A stretch of 64,000 nt of DNA from Sphingomonas sp. (GTDB lineage: Bacteria > Pseudomonadota > Alphaproteobacteria > Sphingomonadales > Sphingomonadaceae). Shown one piece after another: positions 1-10,224 of the stretch. How positions within the stretch are numbered: the first letter of the stretch is position 1; every line of letters starts with the position of its first letter. The notes under the pieces are model-generated. The model saw nothing but the letters and a program-made list of their open reading frames with translations. It ran no database searches and was not told where the DNA came from. The DNA is taken from NCBI GenBank assembly GCA_043737475.1, contig JAYTAP010000080.1:3321-67320 (forward strand), read 5' to 3'. The translations under genes and the position numbers were made by a program.

Positions 1-633
1 CTGTTCTGGGCGTCATTCCGCTATCGCCGCAAAGCCAATCCGGTCGCGTCGAAGACTTCGCACAACACGGCAATCGAAGTGGCATGGACGCTGATACCGG
101 TCCTGATCCTCGTCGTGATCTCGGTCCCGTCGATCAGTCTGCTTGCGGCGCAATACAAGCCAGCAAGCAAGGATGCGATCACGATCAAAGCGATCGGCAA
201 CCAGTGGTACTGGTCATACGAATATCAGGATAATGGCGGGTTTGAGTTGACCGCAAACATGCTGCCCGATGCCGAAGCCAAACGCCGCGGCGAACCGCGT
301 TTGCTCGCGACCGACAACCGCATGGTCATTCCGGTGAATACGCAAATCCGGCTGCTCGTCACGTCGAACGACGTCATTCACGCCTGGATGATCCCCGCGT
401 TCTGGACGCAGATGGATGGCGTTCCCGGCCGCATCAATGAAACGACATTCAAGGTCGAAAAAACGGGGGTGTATTACGGCCAGTGCAACCAGATTTGCGG
501 CGCGCGTCACGGTTACATGCCGATCACGGTCGAAGTCGTTTCGATGGATGCCTACAACGCCTGGGTGCTTTCAAAAGGCGGCACCGTTGGCGGACCCAAA
601 GCGCCGATAATTCCCGCTGCGAATAAGAGCTAA
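1..633 (+). CDS. ctaC: Cytochrome c oxidase subunit II (5'-truncated by window edge)
   Basis: Frame open from base 1 (LFWASFRY...HNTAIEVAW). Contains [16 protein letters not shown] and the CuA motif [12 protein letters not shown]. First gene of the cox operon. Confidence 0.97.
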   Translation: MFWASFRYRRKANPVASKTSHNTAIEVAWTLIPVLILVVISVPSISLLAAQYKPASKDAITIKAIGNQWYWSYEYQDNGGFELTANMLPDAEAKRRGEPRLLATDNRMVIPVNTQIRLLVTSNDVIHAWMIPAFWTQMDGVPGRINETTFKVEKTGVYYGQCNQICGARHGYMPITVEVVSMDAYNAWVLSKGGTVGGPKAPIIPAANKS

Positions 634-637
634 GATC

Positions 638-2323
638 ATGACCGATATTGCCCTCAATCCCGCCCACGCGTTTCAGGCCGATGCGCAGGAACATCATCAT
701 GACGCCGCCGATCACAAACCAGCGTTTTTCGCGCGCTGGTTCATGTCGACCAACCACAAAGACATCGGCACGCTGTATCTGATCTTCGCGATCGTTGCCG
801 GGATCATCGGCGGCGCGATTTCGGGCCTGATGCGGCTCGAGCTTGCTGCGCCCGGCATCCAGTATCTGCAGGGTTGGGTCGGCGAAGGTGCCAGCCTCGA
901 CGAAGCCTATCATTTGTGGAACGTCCTGATCACGGCACACGGTCTGATCATGGTTTTCTTCATGGTCATGCCCGCGATGATCGGTGGCTTTGGCAACTGG
1001 TTCGTGCCGATCATGATCGGTGCGCCCGACATGGCATTTCCGCGCATGAACAATATCTCGTTCTGGCTGCTTGTGCCGTCGTTCATTCTGTTGCTCGGGT
1101 CGAGTTTCGTCTCGGGCGGCACTGGTATGGGCGCCGGTGTCGGCTGGACAGTGTATGCACCGCTCTCGACGACCGGATCGCCAGGTCCGGCAGTCGATAT
1201 GGCGATCTTGTCGCTCCATCTAGCGGGTGCATCGTCGATCCTCGGCGCGGTTAATTTCATCACGACGATTTTCAACATGCGTGCGCCGGGCATGACGCTG
1301 CACAAGATGCCGCTGTTTGTTTGGTCGATCCTTGTCACCGCATTCCTGCTGCTCCTGTCACTTCCGGTGCTCGCAGCGGCAATCACGATGCTGCTGACTG
1401 ACCGTAATTTCGGGACGACGTTCTTCGATCCGGCAGGTGGCGGTGATCCGGTGCTGTATCAGCATCTGTTCTGGTTCTTTGGCCATCCTGAAGTTTACAT
1501 CATGATCCTCCCGGGCTTCGGCATGGTCAGCCAGATCATTTCGACTTTCTCGAAAAAGCCGGTCTTCGGCTATCTTGGCATGGCTTATGCAATGGTTGCG
1601 ATCGGTGTCGTTGGCTTCATCGTTTGGGCGCACCACATGTTTACGAGCGGCCTTGGCGTCAACGTGAAGATGTACTTCACGGCGGCAACGATGGTGATCG
1701 CTGTGCCGACCGGTATCAAGATCTTCAGCTGGATCGCAACGATGTGGGGCGGGTCTATCACGTTCAAGACGCCGATGATGTGGGCGCTGGGCTTCATCTT
1801 CATGTTCACGGTCGGCGGTGTGACAGGGGTTGTGCTCGCCAACGCAGGCATCGATACTTATATGCACAACAGCTATTATGTGGTGGCGCACTTCCACTAT
1901 GTGCTGTCGCTCGGTGCCGTGTTCTCGCTGTTTGCAGGATTTTACTACTGGCTCCCGAAAATGAGCGGGAAAATGTATAACGAAGCGTTAGGCCAGATCC
2001 ATTTCTGGACGTTCTTCGTAGGCGTCAATGTCCTGTTCTTCCCGATGCATTTCCTCGGGCTGCAGGGTATGCAGCGCCGCATTCCCGACTACACCGACGT
2101 TCTGATGTACTGGAATTACGTCGCATCGGTCGGCTATGTCTTGATGGCGGCGTCGATGGTGGTGTTTTTCGTCAATCTGTTCTGGACATTGTTCGGCGGC
2201 AAGAAGGCCGGAGATAGCCCGTGGGGCGAAGGTGCGACGACGCTCGAATGGACGCTGTCGAGCCCGCCGCCTTATCACCAGTTCGAAACGCTGCCGGTGA
2301 TCGAGGACGACAAGCGGCACTAA
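638..2323 (+). CDS. ctaD: Cytochrome c oxidase subunit I
   Basis: [36 protein letters not shown] haem/CuB ligand motifs. Confidence 0.99.
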   Translation: MTDIALNPAHAFQADAQEHHHDAADHKPAFFARWFMSTNHKDIGTLYLIFAIVAGIIGGAISGLMRLELAAPGIQYLQGWVGEGASLDEAYHLWNVLITAHGLIMVFFMVMPAMIGGFGNWFVPIMIGAPDMAFPRMNNISFWLLVPSFILLLGSSFVSGGTGMGAGVGWTVYAPLSTTGSPGPAVDMAILSLHLAGASSILGAVNFITTIFNMRAPGMTLHKMPLFVWSILVTAFLLLLSLPVLAAAITMLLTDRNFGTTFFDPAGGGDPVLYQHLFWFFGHPEVYIMILPGFGMVSQIISTFSKKPVFGYLGMAYAMVAIGVVGFIVWAHHMFTSGLGVNVKMYFTAATMVIAVPTGIKIFSWIATMWGGSITFKTPMMWALGFIFMFTVGGVTGVVLANAGIDTYMHNSYYVVAHFHYVLSLGAVFSLFAGFYYWLPKMSGKMYNEALGQIHFWTFFVGVNVLFFPMHFLGLQGMQRRIPDYTDVLMYWNYVASVGYVLMAASMVVFFVNLFWTLFGGKKAGDSPWGEGATTLEWTLSSPPPYHQFETLPVIEDDKRH

Positions 2324-2359
2324 GTGGCGGGTGGCACCGATGATTGATTAGGCTCGCAA

Positions 2360-3265
2360 ATGACGACGACGACATTGCAATTTCCGGCGCTTCCTGCCGA
2401 CTGGCGCGATCTTTTCGCGCTAACCAAGCCGCGCGTGATGCGGTCGGTGGTGTTTACGGCGCTGTGCGGCATGCTGGCCGCGCCGATCGCGCTGCCGCCA
2501 GCACTGGCCGTCGCTTCGATCCTTGCGATAGCGCTGGCGGCGGGTTCGGCAGGCGCGCTCAATCAATGGTATGAAGCCGACATCGATGCGATGATGAAGC
2601 GCACGGCAAACCGGCCACTGCCAGCTGGGCGGATCGATGCGCAAACGGCACTGCATTTCGGCGTCGGTCTTGGCGTTTTTTCGGTTGTGTTGATGTATCT
2701 CGCGGCGAATGTTTTTGCGGCGGCGCTGCTTGTGGTTTCGATCCTCTTTTATGTTCTCGTTTATACTGTCGGACTCAAGCGCCGGACCCCACAGAATATC
2801 GTGATCGGCGGTGCAGCGGGGGCGTTCCCGCCGCTGATCGGCTGGGTCGCGGCAACCGGCGATGTCTCGCTGCTCCCGATCCTGATGTTCGCGATCATAT
2901 TTCTGTGGACGCCCCCGCACAGCTGGGCACTCGCGCTGTTGATCCGCGACGATTATGCCAAAGGCGGCGTGCCGATGCTGCCGGTCGTGGCGGGTGGACG
3001 AGCGACGCGGGTGCAGATGCTAAGTTATTCCGTGTTGATGGCGGGAGCCGCAGTTGCGCCCTGGGCACTGGGTCTTGCGGGCACGCTTTATGGCGTGATC
3101 GCTGCTGTTAGTTCGGGGGTCTTCGTAACCCTGACCGCTTGGTGCGTCATCGTCGATGCGCCGACTCCTGCGACCATGAAACCCGAGCGCACGCTATTCA
3201 TCTATTCGATCGGTTATGTCCTGCTGATTTTTGCGGCGCTGGCGCTCGACCGGAACCTCGCATGA
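2360..3265 (+). CDS. ctaB: Protoheme IX farnesyltransferase (heme o synthase)
   Basis: [50 protein letters not shown]. Confidence 0.97.
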   Translation: MTTTTLQFPALPADWRDLFALTKPRVMRSVVFTALCGMLAAPIALPPALAVASILAIALAAGSAGALNQWYEADIDAMMKRTANRPLPAGRIDAQTALHFGVGLGVFSVVLMYLAANVFAAALLVVSILFYVLVYTVGLKRRTPQNIVIGGAAGAFPPLIGWVAATGDVSLLPILMFAIIFLWTPPHSWALALLIRDDYAKGGVPMLPVVAGGRATRVQMLSYSVLMAGAAVAPWALGLAGTLYGVIAAVSSGVFVTLTAWCVIVDAPTPATMKPERTLFIYSIGYVLLIFAALALDRNLA

Positions 3266-3381
3266 GGCCTGATGACGAATTCAATCGCCGACGCAAATCA
3301 CGCTCGATCGTGACGGCCGTGTTGCTCGTGGGCATGGTGATCCTGTTTTACTTCATCACGATTGCACGGATCAGCGGATGA
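3262..3381 (+). CDS. 39-aa single-TM small protein in the cox operon
   Basis: ATG at 3262 overlaps the ctaB stop and TGA overlaps the cta[43 protein letters not shown] has a basic patch followed by one hydrophobic helix. Confidence 0.75.
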   Translation: MRPDDEFNRRRKSRSIVTAVLLVGMVILFYFITIARISG

Positions 3382-3935
3382 AGACGGCCGCCATCGACCG
3401 GAACCGGCGCACAGGATTAATCGCGATAATCGCTGCGCTCACGATGCTCGGCCTCGGCTATGCGAGCGTTCCGCTTTACCGCCTTTTCTGCAATGTCACT
3501 GGTTACGGCGGCACGACGATGCGCGCTAAGGAAGCTGCAATCCCCGGCGGCATTGCCGGCAAGACGATGGAAGTGCGTTTCGATGCCAATCATTCGTCAT
3601 CGTTGCCCTGGTCGTTCAAAGCCGAAGCAACATCACAGACGGTTACGATCGGCGCGCGCAACATCGCGTTTTTCACTGCCACCAACCTAAGCAACAAGCC
3701 GGTCACCGGGACCGCGACCTACAACGTCACCCCGACGCAATCGGGCGCTCATTTTGCAAAAATCCAGTGCTTTTGCTTCAACAAGCAGACTTTGGCTCCC
3801 GGTCAGACGGTGCGAATGCCCGTTATTTTCTTCGTTCAGCCAGCGATCCTTGATGATCCGCTTGCCAAGGACGTGACGGCGATCACGCTGTCCTATACTT
3901 TCTATCCCGTAGACGAGGCCGCAAAGCCAAGTTAA
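3378..3935 (+). CDS. ctaG: Cytochrome c oxidase assembly protein CtaG/Cox11
   Basis: YASVPLYRLFCNVTGYGGT and the Cu-binding KIQCFCF motif. Confidence 0.97.
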   Translation: MKTAAIDRNRRTGLIAIIAALTMLGLGYASVPLYRLFCNVTGYGGTTMRAKEAAIPGGIAGKTMEVRFDANHSSSLPWSFKAEATSQTVTIGARNIAFFTATNLSNKPVTGTATYNVTPTQSGAHFAKIQCFCFNKQTLAPGQTVRMPVIFFVQPAILDDPLAKDVTAITLSYTFYPVDEAAKPS

Positions 3936-3972
3936 TCGCTTTTGAACGACAAGACCTTCGAGGAATGATCCG

Positions 3973-4815
3973 ATGGCCGGTGCCAAGAACCACGAATACC
4001 ACATCCTGCCGCCTGATCCGTGGCCGATCATCGGCGCATTTTCGTCGCTGCTCATGGCCGCGGGCGCGGTCATGTGGATGCACAAGGCGCAATTCGGTGG
4101 CTATGTCTTCTTCGCCGGTCTAGCGGCGGTGCTCTATACCATGTATGCCTGGTGGGCGAACGTGATCCGTGAAGCCAATGCGGGCGATCATACCCCTGTT
4201 GTTTCGCTCCACCTGCGATACGGGATGATCCTGTTCATTGCATCCGAAGTCATGTTTTTCGTCGGCTGGTTCTGGGCGTGGTTCGATTTTTCGCTGTTCC
4301 CGACCGCCATGTCCGTTGCGGACGGCGCTGTAACGCTTGGTGAAACCGCAGCGACCTGGCCGCCCAAAGGCATCGAAGTCATCGATCCGTTCCACTTTCC
4401 GCTGCTCAATACGCTGATCCTGTTGTGTTCAGGTACAACGGTGACATGGGCGCATCACGAGTTGATCCATGGCAACCGCGACGGGTTGAAGAAGGGGCTG
4501 TGGGCCACGGTGTTGCTCGGCGTTTTGTTCACGAGCATTCAGGCTTATGAATATCTGCATGCACCCTTCTCATTTGCGGGCACGAACTATGGTGCGGCGT
4601 TTTACATGGCGACCGGCTTTCACGGCTTTCACGTCCTTGTCGGCACCATCTTTCTCGCGGTCTGCCTGAAGCGCACTTACAATGGCGATTTCACACCACG
4701 TCAGCATTTCGGGTTCGAAGCTGCCGCCTGGTATTGGCACTTCGTCGACGTCGTGTGGCTTTTCCTGTTCGTGGCAATTTACGTCTGGGGTGGCTGGGGT
4801 GCACCGATCAGCTGA
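3973..4815 (+). CDS. ctaE: Cytochrome c oxidase subunit III
   Basis: HEYHILPPDPWP, LFIASEVMFF, ATGFHGFHV, AAAWYWHFVDVVW. Confidence 0.98.
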   Translation: MAGAKNHEYHILPPDPWPIIGAFSSLLMAAGAVMWMHKAQFGGYVFFAGLAAVLYTMYAWWANVIREANAGDHTPVVSLHLRYGMILFIASEVMFFVGWFWAWFDFSLFPTAMSVADGAVTLGETAATWPPKGIEVIDPFHFPLLNTLILLCSGTTVTWAHHELIHGNRDGLKKGLWATVLLGVLFTSIQAYEYLHAPFSFAGTNYGAAFYMATGFHGFHVLVGTIFLAVCLKRTYNGDFTPRQHFGFEAAAWYWHFVDVVWLFLFVAIYVWGGWGAPIS

Positions 4816-4833
4816 CGGCAGTAAGGCGCATTG

Positions 4834-5454
4834 ATGAAGCGCCTGCCGATCATTCCGACGATCCTCGTGTTGGTTGCCGTTGCCGTGATGATCGCACTTG
4901 GCGTCTGGCAACTGGATCGGCGTGGCGAGAAGGAAGTGCTTATCGCACGGCTGTCGGCCAATCGCGATTTGCCGCCGATGGCCTATCCTGCGCAGGCGCC
5001 AGTCGCGAACGGAGCCATGTTTCGCAAAAGCCGAGTCACTTGCCTGCGTGTGACCGGCTGGCGTGTCACGGGTGGCGCGACACCTACAGGGCAGGGCGGA
5101 TACCGCCACATTGCCGAATGTGCGACAGGTGCCGAAGGGCCAGGTGCGCTGATCGATATGGGCGTTGCGGCAAACCCCGCGTTCAAGCCCGATTGGCGTG
5201 GTGGGACAATCGACGGGCTGATCACGACCGAGCCCAATCAGTCGAGCATTATCGGCAAAGCGTTTGGAAGCGCGACGCCGCTGCGCCCGATGCTTGTTGC
5301 CGATGTGCCTGCCAAAGGCCTCGCTGCGAGCGCTCCGCCAAGCACAGCGGGAATTTCAAACAATCACCTGGCCTATGCAGTGCAGTGGTTTCTGTTCGCT
5401 GGTGTGGCACTGGTAATTTACGTGATTGCACTGCAGCGGCGGGCAAAAAATTAG
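4834..5454 (+). CDS. SURF1/Shy1 family oxidase assembly protein
   Basis: LGVWQLDRR near the N-terminus and NNHLAYAVQWF near the C-terminus. Last gene of the cox operon; ATG at 4834 preferred over TTG at 4831. Confidence 0.92.
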   Translation: MKRLPIIPTILVLVAVAVMIALGVWQLDRRGEKEVLIARLSANRDLPPMAYPAQAPVANGAMFRKSRVTCLRVTGWRVTGGATPTGQGGYRHIAECATGAEGPGALIDMGVAANPAFKPDWRGGTIDGLITTEPNQSSIIGKAFGSATPLRPMLVADVPAKGLAASAPPSTAGISNNHLAYAVQWFLFAGVALVIYVIALQRRAKN

Positions 5455-6059
5455 CGTGTCAGCCGCGACCGCATCCGCGCGAGATAGCGTGCGAGGATGT
5501 CGATTTCGAGATTCACGGCAGTGCCAGCCTTTAACCCGCCCAGCGTCGTCATCGCGGCGGTATGCGGAATGATGTTCAGCATGAAATGTGCCGTATTATC
5601 CGGCTGATCAGTGACTTCATTGACCGTCAGCGACACGCCATCGACCGTGATCGATCCCTTGGTGGCGACATAAGGCGCGACGGCATCGGGCGCTGCAATC
5701 ACAACACGCCACGAATCGCCGACTTTGTCGAAGGAAACGACATGCCCGATGCCATCGACATGCCCGGTGACGATATGCCCACCAAGTTCGTCACCGATTT
5801 TCATCGCGCGCTCCAGATTCAATTTACCGCCAGCAACCCACAGGCCCGGCGCAGTGCAGGAAATGCTTTCGCCCGACATATCGACCGCAAACCATCCCGG
5901 TCCTTTTTCGACAACGGTCATGCAGGCGCCCGAACACGCAATCGACGCGCCGATTGCGACCGTCGCGGTGTCGTAGGTCGTCTCGATTACGATCCGCAGG
6001 TCGCCCCGCTGTTCGGTGCTGCTGATTGTGCCGATGTCGGTGATGATACCTGTGAACAT
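5451..6059 (-). CDS. ribE: Riboflavin synthase (alpha chain)
   Basis: N-terminal MFTGII, GASIACSG, LNLERA, GGHIVTGHVDG, GSITVDGVSLTVN, VNLEIDIL. Confidence 0.97.
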   Translation of the reverse strand: MFTGIITDIGTISSTEQRGDLRIVIETTYDTATVAIGASIACSGACMTVVEKGPGWFAVDMSGESISCTAPGLWVAGGKLNLERAMKIGDELGGHIVTGHVDGIGHVVSFDKVGDSWRVVIAAPDAVAPYVATKGSITVDGVSLTVNEVTDQPDNTAHFMLNIIPHTAAMTTLGGLKAGTAVNLEIDILARYLARMRSRLTR

Positions 6060-6065
6060 GCGCTA

Positions 6066-7034
6066 CTAATCCCTCACGCGTTCGTAAATGTCGAGCCGGT
6101 CGACCCCGAGCATTCGCGTATCGACCGCGTGCCAGCGGCCATGCGCGTCCGACAGCGCGTCAAGGCCGATATCTTGCAAAGCTGACGTGCCGCCACCAAT
6201 CAAGACTGGCGCTCGGTAGATAAGCAGGCAATCGACGAGATCGGCAGCAAGGAAAGCCGAAGCAGTCCTCGCACCGCCTTCGATCAAGACATCGTCGGCG
6301 GGGATAAGGCCGATCGCTTGGGGGTTAGAGATTGCGCTCCATCCGTCGGGCGCGGCACCCGAAGTCAGAACATATCGTTTCGGACTTCGCGCTTCGAGGC
6401 CGGCCAGTCGTACGTCCAGTCGCGGCGCGTCGGCCGCGAGCGTACCGCGCCCCACGAGGATCGCATCGGCCCGTGACCGTTCGAGATGGCCATGCGCACG
6501 GGCTTCGGGACCGGTGATCCACTGGCTTTCGCCGCTTGCGTGCGCAATGCAGCCGTCCAGCGACAGTGCGAGCTTCAGAGTAACATGCGGCCGCGCGTAG
6601 CGTTGGCGGGTCAGAAATCCGGCCATGGCGCGCGACGCTGCAGCAGTTTCGATACCCTCAGCCACCTCGAGCCCGGCACTGCGCAATCGTGTAACACCTT
6701 GCCCATCCGTCCGGTGATCGGGGTCGCCGACTGCAATCACGACACGCGCGATCCCGCTATGGGCAATCAGATCGCTGCACGTTGGACCCCGTGTGCTGAC
6801 GTGCGCGCAAGGTTCCAGCGTCGTATAAAGCATTGCGCCATTTGCGGCATCGCCCGCCTGTGCCAGCGCAACGGCTTCGGCATGCGGCCGCCCGCCGTCT
6901 GCCGTGGCGCCGCGCCCGATCACGCGCCCGTTCCTTAAAATGACACATCCGACATTGGGATTGGGCCGGGTCCGTCCCCGCCCTCGCGTGGCCAATGCAA
7001 TTGCCGCGCCCATCCAGCGCGCGTCGTCATTCAT
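6066..7034 (-). CDS. ribD: Bifunctional riboflavin deaminase/reductase RibD
   Basis: PNPNVGCV, HAE, TLEPC...C deaminase motifs; KLALSLDG and WIT reductase motifs. Confidence 0.97.
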   Translation of the reverse strand: MNDDARWMGAAIALATRGRGRTRPNPNVGCVILRNGRVIGRGATADGGRPHAEAVALAQAGDAANGAMLYTTLEPCAHVSTRGPTCSDLIAHSGIARVVIAVGDPDHRTDGQGVTRLRSAGLEVAEGIETAAASRAMAGFLTRQRYARPHVTLKLALSLDGCIAHASGESQWITGPEARAHGHLERSRADAILVGRGTLAADAPRLDVRLAGLEARSPKRYVLTSGAAPDGWSAISNPQAIGLIPADDVLIEGGARTASAFLAADLVDCLLIYRAPVLIGGGTSALQDIGLDALSDAHGRWHAVDTRMLGVDRLDIYERVRD

Positions 7035-7396
7035 TTGCGCTGCTTGTCGACGTCGATGCCCATCTTATCGGCAAGGCGACGATACGCCTGACGTCGTGCT
7101 TCGGCCGCATCCTCACTTTCCTTTCTGGCCGCCAGTTCGGCAGGCAAATCCTTCGCCTGTTGCGCGCGCGCCTCGGCAGCGGTGCGGCTGGCAGGCCATT
7201 GCTTGACGTAAACAATAGTGGGCGGGATCCATTCCTCATCGACTTTGGCATCGTGGACCATGGCCCAGAGCAGAAAGGCAGGAAACACGCAGGCAAGCGC
7301 TGCAAACACGATCTTGTGCTTTCGCGGTGTGCGCGCAAAGTCGCGGAAATCGCGCCAGGCGGCAAGCGGCGACGTCGGGCGGGGGAGAATGGCCAT
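7031..7396 (-). CDS. Hypothetical single-TM membrane protein coupled to ribD
   Basis: ATG at 7396 (MAILPRPTSPLAAWRDF), one TM (IVFAALACVFPAFLLWAMV), charged helical tail. Stop overlaps the ribD ATG. Confidence 0.75.
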   Translation of the reverse strand: MAILPRPTSPLAAWRDFRDFARTPRKHKIVFAALACVFPAFLLWAMVHDAKVDEEWIPPTIVYVKQWPASRTAAEARAQQAKDLPAELAARKESEDAAEARRQAYRRLADKMGIDVDKQRK

Positions 7397-7474
7397 CGCA
7401 AATAGATAGAGCGCTTTGGGACACATTCAAAGATGCGTCTTGACCCTGTCATCGGCTTGCGCTTTGGCGGTGGC

Positions 7475-7942
7475 ATGACCGAAGCCATCACTGACGCCCT
7501 TGCGGCACTGAACCTGACGCTGCCAACCGCTGCAGCGCCGGTCGCCGATTATGTCCCGACAGTCGAGGTCAACGGCATGCTGTTCATATCAGGCCAATTA
7601 CCGTTCAAAGGCGGCGAGGTCATGGTTGGTCGTCTGGGTGATGATCGCGATGTTGCAGCCGGGCAGGAAGCAGCACAGGCTTGCGCGCTGATGATTGTGG
7701 CGCAGCTGAAAGCGGCACTTGGCGATCTGGGCCGCGTGGAGCGCATCGTGCGCTTGGGTGTCTTCGTCGCAAGCGATGATCGCTTTACCGATCAGCCCAA
7801 AGTTGCCGATGGCGCGTCGTCGCTGATGGTCGCGCTGTTTGGTGACGCCGGAAAACATGCGCGTGCTGCCGTCGGTGTGCCGGTATTGCCCCGCGGCGCC
7901 ATGGTGGAGGTCGATGCGATTGTCGCTGTTCGCCCCGCTTGA
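7475..7942 (+). CDS. RidA/YjgF family protein (Rid-like subfamily)
   Basis: PVADYVP, LFISGQLP, GKHARAAVGVPVLPRGAMVEVDAI. Start taken at ATG 7475. Confidence 0.92.
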   Translation: MTEAITDALAALNLTLPTAAAPVADYVPTVEVNGMLFISGQLPFKGGEVMVGRLGDDRDVAAGQEAAQACALMIVAQLKAALGDLGRVERIVRLGVFVASDDRFTDQPKVADGASSLMVALFGDAGKHARAAVGVPVLPRGAMVEVDAIVAVRPA

Positions 7943-8678
7943 GCGGCTGATTGCGCCTGCGCCATCGCACAACCGTGTGGCATTTTTAAAAGCCCAACCT
8001 TACGCGCACCGCGGGTTGCACGGTGGTGCTGTTATCGAAAATACGCGCGCTGCATTTCGCGCAGCAATGGCGCTGGGCCACGGGATCGAACTCGATGTGC
8101 AGAGCGCACGCGATGGCGAGGCCATGGTATTTCATGACGCTATGCTTGACCGTTTGACGGACGCGACCGGTGCGATCGCTGCGTACACCCCGACCGAATT
8201 GGGGTGTATCGCTTTGCGCGGGACGACCGAGGCAATCGCGCAACTCCCCGAAATTCTGACCCTGATTGGGGGCAGCGTTCCCGTCCTTATCGAGATCAAG
8301 GCGACGGGCCCCCGCGTCGCCGCGCTGTGCCTGTCAGTCCGCCGCGCGCTCGAGGGGTATCGCGGCGACGCGGCAATCATGTCGTTCAACCCGCTGGTCG
8401 GCGCGTGGTTTGCACAAAACGCCCCGAGGATCGTGCGCGGGTTGGTGGTAAGCGAAGAAAACAAGCGCAACGCGAAAGGTTGGGTCGAACGCTGGGCATC
8501 GATGGCGAAAGCCAAGCCCGATTTCCTAGCTTACGATGTGCGCGACCTGCCGTCGTCGTTTGCGGCGGCTGCGCGGGCGCGCGGGATCCCGGTGCTGACA
8601 TGGACGGTGCGCGATGCCGATGCCGAGCGCCGCGCTTTTGCCCATGCCGACGAAGCGATTTACGAAAAACCGGCATGA
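7914..8678 (+). CDS. Glycerophosphodiester phosphodiesterase family protein
   Basis: AHRGLH, ENT, GIELDV, VFHD, LIEIK, TWTVR. Start uncertain; ATG 7914 overlaps the upstream gene. Confidence 0.9.
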   Translation: MRLSLFAPLERLIAPAPSHNRVAFLKAQPYAHRGLHGGAVIENTRAAFRAAMALGHGIELDVQSARDGEAMVFHDAMLDRLTDATGAIAAYTPTELGCIALRGTTEAIAQLPEILTLIGGSVPVLIEIKATGPRVAALCLSVRRALEGYRGDAAIMSFNPLVGAWFAQNAPRIVRGLVVSEENKRNAKGWVERWASMAKAKPDFLAYDVRDLPSSFAAAARARGIPVLTWTVRDADAERRAFAHADEAIYEKPA

Positions 8679-9808
8679 AAGAAATATTGGCGCGGGTTGG
8701 CGACGGTGTGGCGAGCTTTGACGCTGCTGCTTGGGATCGCTGCGCCGGTGCAGCCAATCCGTTTGTCAGCCACGCCTTCCTGACCGCGCTCGAAACATCG
8801 GGAAGCGCGACAACGCGCGCGGGCTGGCAACCAGTGCCGCTGGCGATCGATGGTGCGGATGGCGCGCTGCTCGGCGTGATGCCGGCTTATGTAAAAAGCC
8901 ACAGCCAAGGCGAATATGTGTTCGATCATAGTTGGGCCGATGCCTATGAGAGTGCAGGCGGGCGCTATTACCCCAAGCTTGTTATTGCTGTTCCGTTCAG
9001 CCCGGTGCCGGGGCCGCGCGTGCTGACGCAGGATTTCGATATCGCACGCGGGCTGATTGCGGCGGCCGAAGTGCTGGCGACGCAAAACGGCCTATCGTCG
9101 GTCCACGCAAATTTCGTCGCGCCCGATCAGGTCGATCTTTTCGAAAAGGGCGACTGGCTGATCCGCGAGGGAACGCAGTTTCACTGGGCCAATGACGGCT
9201 ATGCCTGCTTCGATGATTTCCTCGCCGCGCTCGCTTCGCGGAAGCGCAAGGCGATCCGCAAGGAACGCGCTGCCGCCGTCGCGGGGCTTGAGATCATCCA
9301 CATCAGCGGTGCCGACATCACCGAAGCGCACTGGAGCGTTTTCTGGCGATTTTATCAGGATACGGGCCGCCGCAAATGGGGGCAACCCTATCTGACGCGA
9401 CAGTTCTTTTCGGAAATCGGGCGCACGATGCCCGACAAGATTTTACTCATTCTTGCGCTTCGTAACGGCGTCCCGATTGCAGGCGCATTGAATTTCATCG
9501 GCACCGAGACGCTCTATGGGCGGTACTGGGGCTGCACCGAAGACGTGCCGTTCCTGCATTTCGAACTGTGCTATTATCAGGCCATCGACGCGGCAATTGC
9601 GCGCGGGCTGAAAACAGTCGAAGCGGGCGCGCAGGGCGAACATAAGCTTGCACGCGGTTATGTGCCGGTGCCGACATGGTCAGCGCATTATATTCCCGAT
9701 CCGAATTTCCGGCGCGCAATCGCCGATTTCCTGATCCGTGAACGGCGCGCGGTCGAACGGCAGATCGAATTTCTAGGCGCAATGGCGCCGTTCAAAAAAG
9801 GCGATTAG
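8675..9808 (+). CDS. FemAB-like GNAT protein (DUF482 family)
   Basis: NPFVSHAFL, KSHSQGEYVFDHSWADA, YYPKL, PFSPVPG, LYGRYWG, LHFELCYYQ, EAGAQGEHKLARG. ATG 8675 overlaps the upstream stop. Confidence 0.92.
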   Translation: MKEILARVGDGVASFDAAAWDRCAGAANPFVSHAFLTALETSGSATTRAGWQPVPLAIDGADGALLGVMPAYVKSHSQGEYVFDHSWADAYESAGGRYYPKLVIAVPFSPVPGPRVLTQDFDIARGLIAAAEVLATQNGLSSVHANFVAPDQVDLFEKGDWLIREGTQFHWANDGYACFDDFLAALASRKRKAIRKERAAAVAGLEIIHISGADITEAHWSVFWRFYQDTGRRKWGQPYLTRQFFSEIGRTMPDKILLILALRNGVPIAGALNFIGTETLYGRYWGCTEDVPFLHFELCYYQAIDAAIARGLKTVEAGAQGEHKLARGYVPVPTWSAHYIPDPNFRRAIADFLIRERRAVERQIEFLGAMAPFKKGD

Positions 9809-10119
9809 GCCGCGCGGCGCATTTGGGTTGCACCCAGCCATGCCCGTGCTTGGCGCTGCGCTTCCGCAATTTCGCGCGCGCTCATTTCATCGGCGACTTC
9901 GGCGCGGCATTGCTGTGCGCGTTCGGCACCGGAAACAGCCGCAAGATTGAACCATTTATGTGCCTGGATCAGATCGACATCGATCCCGCCTGAACCACTC
10001 GAATAGGCAATACCCAGGTCGTAACACGCATTCGCATCGCCCGATGCGGCGTCCGTTATCCGGCTTTCGATCAGAAATGCCGCGCTCTTGAAACTCGATG
10101 CCATAACCCAAACCCCCAT
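9805..10119 (-). CDS. Small Sel1-like repeat protein
   Basis: ACYDLGIAYSSG...DLIQAHKWFNLAA is a Sel1 repeat. Alternative start at 10104. Confidence 0.85.
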   Translation of the reverse strand: MGVWVMASSFKSAAFLIESRITDAASGDANACYDLGIAYSSGSGGIDVDLIQAHKWFNLAAVSGAERAQQCRAEVADEMSAREIAEAQRQARAWLGATQMRRAA

Positions 10120-10155
10120 TATGCTTTGTCAACCCAAACTGTCGCCGAAATGGTT

Positions 10156-10171
10156 TCAACAAATGGTTAAC
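10156..10171 (-). promoter_or_regulatory. Candidate CtrA binding site upstream of the Sel1 gene
   Basis: Minus strand reads GTTAACCATTTGTTGA, i.e. TTAA-N7-TTGA, one mismatch to TTAA-N7-TTAA, and contains TTAACCAT. Confidence 0.55.
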
Positions 10172-10224
10172 GACGCGAAAGCATATTTCGAATTGCATCA
10201 GGAACGGCAGATTTAGGGGAAAGT

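Noticed and set aside
8204-8674. N-terminal extension of the GNAT ORF
   Set aside because: Overlaps the GDPD gene in another frame; ATG 8675 overlapping the GDPD stop is the likely start.
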